The notes beneath the pieces were generated by a model, which was given only the letters and a program-made list of their open reading frames with translations, searched no databases and was not told where the DNA came from. The position numbers were made by a program, and so were the translations under genes. This document shows, one piece after another, positions 1-7,813 of a DNA stretch of 64,000 nt (the first letter of the stretch is position 1; each line of letters begins with the position of its first letter). This DNA is from an uncultured Fibrobacteria bacterium (GTDB taxonomy: Bacteria; Fibrobacterota; Fibrobacteria; UBA11236): contig OY970309.1 in assembly GCA_963716395.1 (NCBI GenBank), forward strand, positions 1,408,001-1,472,000, in the 5' to 3' direction.

Positions 1-2
1 TC

Positions 3-593
3 ACCCATGCCCCAAGTCATGCGGCGCGTGACACGCTGTACGATTTGCTGCTCAAAGCCTTGCCCGTCAAGATTCAGCAGATGCGCCAATCGCAGCGGGA
101 GTATTTCTCGAAGTGGTATTACGTGGCCGTGCGCGAAGCCCTGGCCATTTTGCCGGTGCATGATGACTTTGCGGCTTTGGCCGCGGCGCTGCAACCGGCC
201 ATCACGGCGGCCCAGGCCAAGGCGGCCGTGCACTTGCTGCACCAACTCGGATTGGTTGAAAAAGACGCCGCCGGCCGCTGGCGCGCCAGCCAGTTGTCGT
301 TGGTGGCGCCGCAAGACGAAGCCACGGCGCTATTACGCCGTTCATTTCAAGACGCCATGCTGGTCAAGGCGCGCGAGGCGCTGGAGCGTGTGCCGCCGGA
401 TCAGCGCGACATTTCCTGCGTCACTTTCAGCGTGTCCCCGGCGGGAATGGATCGGGTGAAAGCCCTGGTGCAAGAATTCCATCGCCAGGTCATCGCCGTG
501 GTGCAAGCCGATCGCGGCGAAGATCGGGTCATGCAAATGAATCTGCAATTGTTTCCTTTGACGCGAACCGGGTCGGAGCATGCGCCGGAATAA
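3..593 (+). CDS. TIGR02147 family (DUF4423) protein, 5'-truncated by the window edge
   Basis: The frame is open from base 3. It has the family-typical motifs YFSKWYYVAVRE, A..L.P.IT..QA..AV.LL..LGLV, RDIS.VTFS and QMNLQLFPL. Confidence 0.85.
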   Translation, partial: THAPSHAARDTLYDLLLKALPVKIQQMRQSQREYFSKWYYVAVREALAILPVHDDFAALAAALQPAITAAQAKAAVHLLHQLGLVEKDAAGRWRASQLSLVAPQDEATALLRRSFQDAMLVKAREALERVPPDQRDISCVTFSVSPAGMDRVKALVQEFHRQVIAVVQADRGEDRVMQMNLQLFPLTRTGSEHAPE

Positions 594-1293
594 ACTCTCG
601 CGTTTTGGAATCGCGGCGGCCGCCTTGTGCGGACTGTGCTGCCTGCATTGCGGCGAGCCCATCGCCGGCACGTCCACCACGGTGGGCAATTCCATCACGG
701 CCCGGGCCTTGCGCGCCGACGGATCGCCGGCGACGGGAGCGCAGGTTGCGGCTCGCACCCAGGACATCGTGTTGCAAAGCGGCCAACCCCAAAGCCGGCT
801 GTTGGCCTCGGCCACTGCCGACAGCAGCGGCCGCTTCACCTTGCCCGTGTCGCCGCGCGCCGACTACTATCTCGAAATCCGGGAATGCGGCTCCGATTCC
901 TGTGCGGCCGCGCCGCCCATCGAAGTTTTCTTTCAGCATTACTTCGATAGCCTGGCCATGGATTCGTCTTTGGGAACGCTGCGCCTCGCGCCGGCGGCCG
1001 CGCTCACGGGCCGGCTGGTCGACACCACGGCGCATGCGGCGGGAACGGTGACCTGGGTGGGAATTCGCGGCACGGCCGATTTCGCGCGCGTGAATCCCGC
1101 GGCCGATTCCTTAGGCGGTGAAGCTTTCGAAATTGAAGGGGTGTATGTGGGCGCGTATGATTTGGCTGCGGTGTTCGCAACCGGAGCCGCCGTCGACGCC
1201 GTCACCCTGCTCACCCTGCCCGCGCCCATCAGCACGCCTCAGGTGGTCACCGGCGCCGTCATCGATTTGGGTCCGGTGTATTACGCACCCTGA
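580..1293 (+). CDS. Putative lipoprotein with carboxypeptidase-regulatory-like (transthyretin-fold) domains
   Basis: The signal peptide ends in a Cys (LCCLHC) followed by G-T-S-T-T-x-G-N. It carries a TADSSGRFTL motif and overlaps the TIGR02147 stop, the usual arrangement for this pair. Confidence 0.7.
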   Translation: MRRNKLSRFGIAAAALCGLCCLHCGEPIAGTSTTVGNSITARALRADGSPATGAQVAARTQDIVLQSGQPQSRLLASATADSSGRFTLPVSPRADYYLEIRECGSDSCAAAPPIEVFFQHYFDSLAMDSSLGTLRLAPAAALTGRLVDTTAHAAGTVTWVGIRGTADFARVNPAADSLGGEAFEIEGVYVGAYDLAAVFATGAAVDAVTLLTLPAPISTPQVVTGAVIDLGPVYYAP

Positions 1294-1333
1294 ATCAGGT
1301 AACTTACAGGATACGTTGGGTTCGTCCTTTCTT
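1267..1333 (+). repeat. 67-bp direct repeat, copy 1 (includes the last 8 codons and stop of the lipoprotein gene)
   Basis: ttgggtccggtgtattacgcaccctgaatcaggtaacttacaggatacgttgggttcg matches 7621-7678 at 57/58 nt, and 64/67 over the full span. Confidence 0.95.
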
Positions 1334-2031
1334 GGCGGCCCCGACATTTCGGCGGTCGAGGCCGCGTCCTGTCCGCGCGGGCGAGAGCCCGAATCGCCTC
1401 ACAAAAAGCTTTGGTTACGAACGCGGCGTCGGGCCTATAAGTTTGGATTCGCCTTGGTGTTGGGGATCTTAATCCTGTATTATTTTGCAGTGTCTTTCAT
1501 CCGGCAGGTGTGGGCGGGATTGAAAAACCTGGGAAAGCGCGACAAGCCGTTGGCATTGTTTTCCGGGGCGCAATTGGACTGGACCGCGCCGCTTTTGGCG
1601 CCCAGCAGGAACGAAAAATGAAGTGACGCCTGGCCCGACCGAAGCCAAAGCACGGGAATCGTACCTTCCATCCGAAGCGCGGCAGCAGGGAAATCGTGAT
1701 GTCGGCCCGGGTCGAAAAAGCAGGATGGCAAAACGATTTATCAGAAATAATCCATCCGGCCCGTCTTGAATTCCGACGCGCACGCCGCTCATTTTGGTTT
1801 GAAGTTTGTCGCACTTCGTCTAAATGCGATCCAGGAATGGAGAAACCGCATTCTCACTTTGTGTGCGCGGCTAAATATTCGCAACCTTGCAATCAAATTA
1901 TCGAGCTCAGCAAAAAAATGAATCGCGTGTAATAAAATTCGCAGCTGATTTTTGAAATCACGGAAAAATCCGTCCCGTGGCTCCCGAATATGACTATACC
2001 TTAGCGCTCAGAACGGGGGAGGAAGAGAGAA

Positions 2032-3240
2032 ATGCGGGAAAAGCAATTAGTAAAAATCGAAAAAAGAGGAAAAGAAAAATTAGTGATTTTTGCCGGAGTC
2101 TTGCTGGCGTGGGGGCTCGCCTCCGTGACGGCACAACCGGCCACGGCGCCGTTGACGCCCAACACGCCCTGCGCTTCCAGCGCCGGCAGCGCCACCGACA
2201 CCGTGGTTTCGACGCCGGATGATTCCGGGTACTACTCAATTTTTGACGGCAAAGACTTCAAGGGCTGGTGGGAAAGCTGCCAAACCGCACATTCTCCCGA
2301 GGATCGGGTGAATGGCGGTGTGTGGCTGGTGGACACCACCTATCACGCCATCACCTCGCAACAAAATCCCAATGGCGCCGGCAGCGTCATCATGACCAAC
2401 AAGAAGTACACCAACTATGAAATGATGCTCGACTATTGGAGCGATTTCGGCGACGATGGCGGCGTGTTCAACCGCACGGGCGCCACCGGCGATTGTTATC
2501 AGACCACGCTGGATTACATCCAGGCCAGCAGCGTGGGCGGATCGTACGGCGAAAACGGGTACGGCAATTTCAACATCGATCCGTATATCTTCAACAGCCC
2601 GACCGACCCGACCATCATCGCCAACACCACCCAGTGGACGTCCATCACTGCGAAAAACAATCCCACCAGCTACGGTTGCCCGGCCTCCGGCTGCACAGCC
2701 TCGAATTGGACGACGGTTTGGGATACCGGCGGCTGGATGCAGATCAAGTTCAAATTTTACGGCACGGGCGCTTCGGCATCGGACAAGGTGCACATGCAAT
2801 CGTGGTTCCGCAAATATGGCACCACGCCCTGGGTGCCGGTGCTCAACGATTCGCAGCAAATCAACACTCCCGCCGGCTATATCGGATTGCAGATCCATCA
2901 CACCCCCGGGCGCTGGAGCGGCCCCAAAGGAGCGTGGTATCGTAACATCCTGGTGCGTCCGCTCGACGGTCAGGGAAACCCAATCAATATTCCTACGGTG
3001 GTCGCTCCCGGCGTCAAAAACAACTACAAGATTTCGGCCACGGCGAACGCCTTGATGGGCACCGTGGAATCGCCGTATGAGATCACCATCACGGATTTGA
3101 GCGGACGGGTTCTCGATCGATTTGCAGGTCCGGCGGGTTCGTTCCGATATGCCTTTCATACGGCCTACCGGGGATTGATGCTGGTGCAAATCCAAACCGC
3201 TCGGGGCGAGGATTATCTCCGCGTCAGCCGGATTTTCTAA
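2032..3240 (+). CDS. Secreted DUF1080 (3-keto-disaccharide hydrolase-like) protein with C-terminal sorting-like domain
   Basis: It has a signal peptide, IFDGKDFKGW, T.KKY.NYE..LDY, DDGGVF.R and G.IGLQ.H...YRNI.VRPL. The tail contains ITITDLSGR...GLMLVQI. A GGAGG RBS lies upstream. Confidence 0.8.
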   Translation: MREKQLVKIEKRGKEKLVIFAGVLLAWGLASVTAQPATAPLTPNTPCASSAGSATDTVVSTPDDSGYYSIFDGKDFKGWWESCQTAHSPEDRVNGGVWLVDTTYHAITSQQNPNGAGSVIMTNKKYTNYEMMLDYWSDFGDDGGVFNRTGATGDCYQTTLDYIQASSVGGSYGENGYGNFNIDPYIFNSPTDPTIIANTTQWTSITAKNNPTSYGCPASGCTASNWTTVWDTGGWMQIKFKFYGTGASASDKVHMQSWFRKYGTTPWVPVLNDSQQINTPAGYIGLQIHHTPGRWSGPKGAWYRNILVRPLDGQGNPINIPTVVAPGVKNNYKISATANALMGTVESPYEITITDLSGRVLDRFAGPAGSFRYAFHTAYRGLMLVQIQTARGEDYLRVSRIF

Positions 3241-3253
3241 ATCCGTCGCAACC

Positions 3254-3287
3254 TCCGCCGCATCCATCGGGTCGGCGGATTGTTTTT
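3254..3287 (+). terminator. Probable Rho-independent terminator after the DUF1080 gene
   Basis: Stem tccgccg/cggcgga followed by ttgttttt. Confidence 0.5.
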
Positions 3288-3364
3288 AAAAGCAAACTGA
3301 TAGGACGAAACGCAGTTGTGGTGATGCATTTGTTTTCAAAGCATACGGTTCGGGGCTGGAACCC

Positions 3365-4849
3365 ATGAGGAAAAGGCTTTGGTGTGTGCTGATCGGCGCC
3401 ACGATTCCCCTCTTCGCTGACGGACCGGCCCTGCATATTCACGGCGAAGGCTGGAGTCAAGCCGGCCGTATCATGCATGTCACCGATACCCTAGTTGTGA
3501 ATTTGAACGGCAACTGGGTGCAGAGCAGTGGGGCCCAGTTCACCCTCGACGCCGACTTCGGAGATCATCTGGACGGGGCCATCGGATTCGGAGCCTATCA
3601 ACTGTACAGTTCGCTGGGCAACCCCACCCAATCGCGCAATGCGTTGTCTCTTTTCAAGGATTATGTCACCCAGTCGCGCTTCACCTATTACCAGGGGGAA
3701 GAACACCATCCCTGGCTGAGCTTCACCGTGGGGGATTTTCCGTTCAATTACAATCCCGACGTGAAAAACCTCGGCGCCTATTTACTACGCGGCCCGGTGT
3801 ATCCGGGATTTCTGATGGGGGGTTTCGAAGACTTCGCGCTCGACACCACCAAGAGCAATATTCTGGGCGCGCGGGCGCATGCCAGTCTCGGAAATTTCGA
3901 CCTGGACCTGCTGCTCGTCAATGAACGGGATCTGCCGCCCACTTTCGATTGGAGCCTGGCCGGTATCGTGAAATACAAAGCCGGTCCGCTTGAGGTCGGA
4001 GCGGGCGTCAATTTCTATCGCCTGATTCCCGACAATGCGGGCTTGACCACACCCAGTTCCACCTTTTACGCCGCCGACGGCGCCGTGAACAGTGACACGT
4101 TGCCGCATAGCCCGTATGAGCTGAAATACATCGAGGTCGATTCGGCCGCGGGAAAAGCGGATACCGTGTTCTACACCCATCAAGGCACCAAGTTGATGGC
4201 CATGTTCGATTTCGACTTCAAACCCCTGTTCGACATCCACACCATGGGGCCCAACGACTTCAAGCTGTACGGAGAAGCGGCCGTACTCGGGGTGAAGAAT
4301 TACGGATCGGTATACCACGACATTTATCAGCGCATTCCGGTCATGATGGGTTTCAACGTGCCCACCTTCGGTCTCTTGGATTATTTCTCGGTCGAAGTCG
4401 AATGGTATGGCGCCCGCTATCGCAACGATCTCAGCAAGATCGGGAGCATCAACTCGCTGGCGCCTTATTTCCCGGGAATTTCGCCCCCGCAACCGGCCGT
4501 GACCTTGGGGCCTTCGCCCATTCCGGTTTCGTACCAGGATATGGTGGGGGAGGGCAATCTCTGGAGCGGCGGCGTGGATTCGTTGGGCCGGCTCGTAAAC
4601 GATCCCTCCATCCAGATCACGGGGACGGATCTCGATATCGAAGACATGACTTCCGACAACTGGAAATGGTCGGTCTTTCTGGAAAAGAAAATCCTGGACC
4701 ATATCGATCTTATCGCCCAGGTCGCCAATGATCATACCCGTCCGTCGCCGGTACGGATCAGCGGAATTTCCGAAGGCGGGGGAATGGCCGAAGGCTTCAG
4801 CTCGCTCAAGGACTGGTACGTCATGTTCCGGATGGGATACTTCTTTTGA
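3365..4849 (+). CDS. Putative outer-membrane beta-barrel protein, paralog 1 of 3
   Basis: It has a signal peptide and an aromatic C-terminal strand (YVMFRMGYFF). It shares the motifs YNPDVKNLG.YLLRGPVYPG, GTKLMA, LYGEAA.LG, RIPVMMGFN, DNWKWS and QVANDH with the next two ORFs. Confidence 0.65.
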   Translation: MRKRLWCVLIGATIPLFADGPALHIHGEGWSQAGRIMHVTDTLVVNLNGNWVQSSGAQFTLDADFGDHLDGAIGFGAYQLYSSLGNPTQSRNALSLFKDYVTQSRFTYYQGEEHHPWLSFTVGDFPFNYNPDVKNLGAYLLRGPVYPGFLMGGFEDFALDTTKSNILGARAHASLGNFDLDLLLVNERDLPPTFDWSLAGIVKYKAGPLEVGAGVNFYRLIPDNAGLTTPSSTFYAADGAVNSDTLPHSPYELKYIEVDSAAGKADTVFYTHQGTKLMAMFDFDFKPLFDIHTMGPNDFKLYGEAAVLGVKNYGSVYHDIYQRIPVMMGFNVPTFGLLDYFSVEVEWYGARYRNDLSKIGSINSLAPYFPGISPPQPAVTLGPSPIPVSYQDMVGEGNLWSGGVDSLGRLVNDPSIQITGTDLDIEDMTSDNWKWSVFLEKKILDHIDLIAQVANDHTRPSPVRISGISEGGGMAEGFSSLKDWYVMFRMGYFF

Positions 4850-6240
4850 AAAACCGAATTGCAAATACCGCACCGATGGTAAGCGCACTGCCGCTCGCGG
4901 TGTTGGCCGTTTGGGCGGGACTGGCGGGGAATGTCCACGCCGACGCCGCGGGCATGCAATACCATGCCGCGGGCTGGGTGCAATTCGGACGCGTCGAACG
5001 GAGCAGCGATACCATCGCCAATGCCGGCGGCATCGACAATTACAACAAGGACTGGATTCAAAATCAGGGCGGCCAAATCAGCGTGACTTCGCAAATCGGC
5101 GATCATTGGGAAGGCGCGTTCGGGTTGGGTGCGGTACAGACCACACTGTCGCGGGGCAGCATCAATTTCTCGAATGTCTGGCTGCCGTTTTGGACTTCGA
5201 TGGTCCCGGAGGCGCGGTTGACATACACCCAACCCCTGGGCGACGAACCCAAGGGCTTTCAGTTTTCGTTGGGATCGTTCCCGTACAATTACAATCCCGA
5301 CATCAAGGATTTCGGGCTCTACCTGCTGCGCGGCATGGTGTATCCCGGCGTGGTGCTGTCGGGATTCGAGGCCCAGAACGTCGCCCCCAAGACGAGCATT
5401 TTTGGCGCCATGGCCAGCCTGAAGCAGGGCGGCTTTCAGAACGATCTCATCCTGAACTCCGAAACCGAAATCCGCCCCTACTTCGATTTTTCTCTGGCCG
5501 ACGTGGTGACCTATGGCGTGATGCCCGGACTGGAAGTCGGCGCCGGGATCAATTTTTACCGCTTCATCCCGCAGAATTCCAAGGCCACCTCGCCGGACAA
5601 AAGCTGCGACAACAGCCTCAGCAATTACGACGACGTCGAGAACAAAGGCGACAACGAAGTGTGCTACATCCTCGACACCTTGAGCGCCGACACGGCGGCC
5701 GGCACGGCCCAGGTCGACACCATCACCGGTTCCATGGCCGGCACCAAGCTGATGGCGCGCCTGCACTTCGATCCCAAAATCATGTTCGGCATTTCCGGAC
5801 CTTTCGGCAAACAGGATTTGGTGCTGTACGGCGAGGCCGCGCTGCTCGGCATCAAAAACTATCCGAAATATTACAGCGATCCCTGGCAGCGCATTCCCGT
5901 CATGGTGGGCTTCAACCTCCCGGCTTTCGGCTGGCTCGACAAGTTTTCCCTGGAGGTCGAGTATTACGGATCGCAAAATTTCAACGACTACAACAAGGCC
6001 CAGGTGGAAAATTCGTGGCTGCCGTGGACGCGCGCCGTCACAGGCCAGGTCACCCGCAATGATTGGAAATGGTCGCTGTACGCTTCGCGCCTGCTAATGG
6101 CTCATTTACGGGTGGCGGCGCAGGTCGCCGACGATCATTTGCGCACCGGCGGCGCGGTGCTGGGCTTTGCCACGGGCGCCGAAGCGTTGGTTACGCCCAC
6201 GGACTGGTATTGGATGTTCAAACTCGTTTATTCCCTCTAG
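4846..6240 (+). CDS. Putative outer-membrane beta-barrel protein, paralog 2 of 3
   Basis: Same motif series as paralog 1. The signal peptide ends in VHA and the C-terminus is YWMFKLVYSL. The TTG start overlaps the previous stop; an alternative ATG is at 4876. Confidence 0.65.
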   Translation: MKNRIANTAPMVSALPLAVLAVWAGLAGNVHADAAGMQYHAAGWVQFGRVERSSDTIANAGGIDNYNKDWIQNQGGQISVTSQIGDHWEGAFGLGAVQTTLSRGSINFSNVWLPFWTSMVPEARLTYTQPLGDEPKGFQFSLGSFPYNYNPDIKDFGLYLLRGMVYPGVVLSGFEAQNVAPKTSIFGAMASLKQGGFQNDLILNSETEIRPYFDFSLADVVTYGVMPGLEVGAGINFYRFIPQNSKATSPDKSCDNSLSNYDDVENKGDNEVCYILDTLSADTAAGTAQVDTITGSMAGTKLMARLHFDPKIMFGISGPFGKQDLVLYGEAALLGIKNYPKYYSDPWQRIPVMVGFNLPAFGWLDKFSLEVEYYGSQNFNDYNKAQVENSWLPWTRAVTGQVTRNDWKWSLYASRLLMAHLRVAAQVADDHLRTGGAVLGFATGAEALVTPTDWYWMFKLVYSL

Positions 6241-6259
6241 GGCCTCAGCGGAAACCATC

Positions 6260-7579
6260 ATGCCTCCGATTAACCTGCAGCCCGCCCGTTTCCGCCTGCC
6301 GCTGTTGCTGGCCCTGGCGGTCAGTGCGTCGCCCCTCCATGCTCTGGATGCGGCCGATCTGGACGTGCACGCGTCGGGCTGGTTGCAGTACGGCCGCATC
6401 GGCCACAGTACCGATAGCATTCCCGACAATTACAAGGGCAATTCGGTGCAAACCTCCGGGGCGCAAATTTCGTTGGGGGGGAAGATTTCGGATCGGCTGG
6501 CGGTCACGGCCGGAGTCGGCGTTGAGGAATACCATTACCTCGCAGGAAGTATCAATACCGGCGGTCAATCCCCGTTGATCGAGCACCCCTTTATCACGCA
6601 GGCCGACTTCACCTATTCGTTCCGGGATGAAGACGGTTCCAAGCTCAAGTTAACCGGAGGCATGTTCAATTACGACTACAATCCCGATGTGCAGAACCTC
6701 GGCTTGTATTTGCTGCGCGGTCCCGTGTACCCGGGTATTCTGATTTCGGGTTTTGAGATCAAGCCCGTGTTGCCGGTTGCAAACCTGCTCGGTTTCCGCC
6801 TGCAAAACACGATCGGGAATTTTGAGCAGAACTTCCTCATCAACAGCGAAACGGATCTGTACCCATTTTTCGATCTTTCGCCGGCCTACGTGGCGGACTA
6901 CCATTTCGGTTCGGTGTTGCGCATCGGAGCGGGCGCTAATTTCTACCGGCTGCTGGCAATTGAAAACCGGCTGACGTCCCCCTCTAACCCCGAGCAGGAA
7001 AGACCCTACGTCGATACTGCGACGAATGATACGACCTACATTTCCTATCGCGGCACCAAATTAATGGCCGACTTCTCCTTCGACCCCAAGCTCTTGTTCG
7101 GCGGCAGCGACCTTCTGGGTCCCGAAGACTGCAAGCTCTACGGCGAAGCTGCGCTCATCGGTCTGAACAACAGCGCGGCCTATCGCGCCATTTACGGTCC
7201 GCTTTCCCATCGCATGCCCGTCATGATGGGGTTCAACGTTCCCGCCTTCAACTTCCTGGATCACCTGGCTTTGGAGGTGGAATGGTACGGCGCGACCTTC
7301 CGGGATGATTTGATCAATTACGTGATTGTGCCGTTCGGCGCCAGCAAAGCCCTGACGCCCGTCCCGGTTGCCAGCACCCATGTGAGTGGAACCCGGGATA
7401 ATTGGAAGTGGTCGCTGCACGGCGCCAAAACCATCCAGAAGCATTTGCGGTTGAGCTTTCAAGTGGCCAATGATCATTTCCGGCCGGGCGGAAGCACCTA
7501 TCTCAATCCCACGGGGGAGGTGGCGCTGTCGACCCCGAAGGATTGGTATTGGATGACCAAGATCGCCTACTTCTTTTAA
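6260..7579 (+). CDS. Putative outer-membrane beta-barrel protein, paralog 3 of 3
   Basis: Same motif series. The ATG at 6260 gives a signal peptide ending in LHA; the C-terminus is YWMTKIAYFF. Confidence 0.65.
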   Translation: MPPINLQPARFRLPLLLALAVSASPLHALDAADLDVHASGWLQYGRIGHSTDSIPDNYKGNSVQTSGAQISLGGKISDRLAVTAGVGVEEYHYLAGSINTGGQSPLIEHPFITQADFTYSFRDEDGSKLKLTGGMFNYDYNPDVQNLGLYLLRGPVYPGILISGFEIKPVLPVANLLGFRLQNTIGNFEQNFLINSETDLYPFFDLSPAYVADYHFGSVLRIGAGANFYRLLAIENRLTSPSNPEQERPYVDTATNDTTYISYRGTKLMADFSFDPKLLFGGSDLLGPEDCKLYGEAALIGLNNSAAYRAIYGPLSHRMPVMMGFNVPAFNFLDHLALEVEWYGATFRDDLINYVIVPFGASKALTPVPVASTHVSGTRDNWKWSLHGAKTIQKHLRLSFQVANDHFRPGGSTYLNPTGEVALSTPKDWYWMTKIAYFF

Positions 7580-7620
7580 ACCTCATAGCCGCGTGGGCGA
7601 CGGCGGCCCACGGACCCCTA

Positions 7621-7687
7621 TTGGGTCCGGTGTATTACGCACCCTGAATTAGGTAACTTACAGGATACGTTGGGTTCGCTCTTTCTT
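7621..7687 (+). repeat. 67-bp direct repeat, copy 2 (intergenic)
   Basis: Near-identical to 1267-1333. Confidence 0.95.
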
Positions 7688-7813
7688 CGCGTCCCGCCGT
7701 TTCCCTTCCCCGGCCCGGCCGTTGTAACAGGGAAATATCGGCGTAGCCCTCTCTAGCTATATTCCCGGTCAGGAAAAGCCGCCGCATCCCGAAGACGCGG
7801 CGTCGGCTTGGAT

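Noticed and set aside
1267-1333. Direct repeat as an integron attC, Xer dif/pdif site or CRISPR repeat
   Set aside because: It contains GTTGGGT (GTTRRRY) but no matching RYYYAAC inverse core. It partly resembles a XerC arm (GGTGCG) but has no XerD arm. There are only two copies 6.3 kb apart and no cas or intI gene.
1118-1621. ORF with a hydrophobic segment (FGFALVLGILILYYFAVSFI) after repeat copy 1
   Set aside because: It overlaps the lipoprotein gene, has no convincing start or RBS, and the hydrophobic run could arise from a T-rich promoter-like tract. It cannot be supported without homology.
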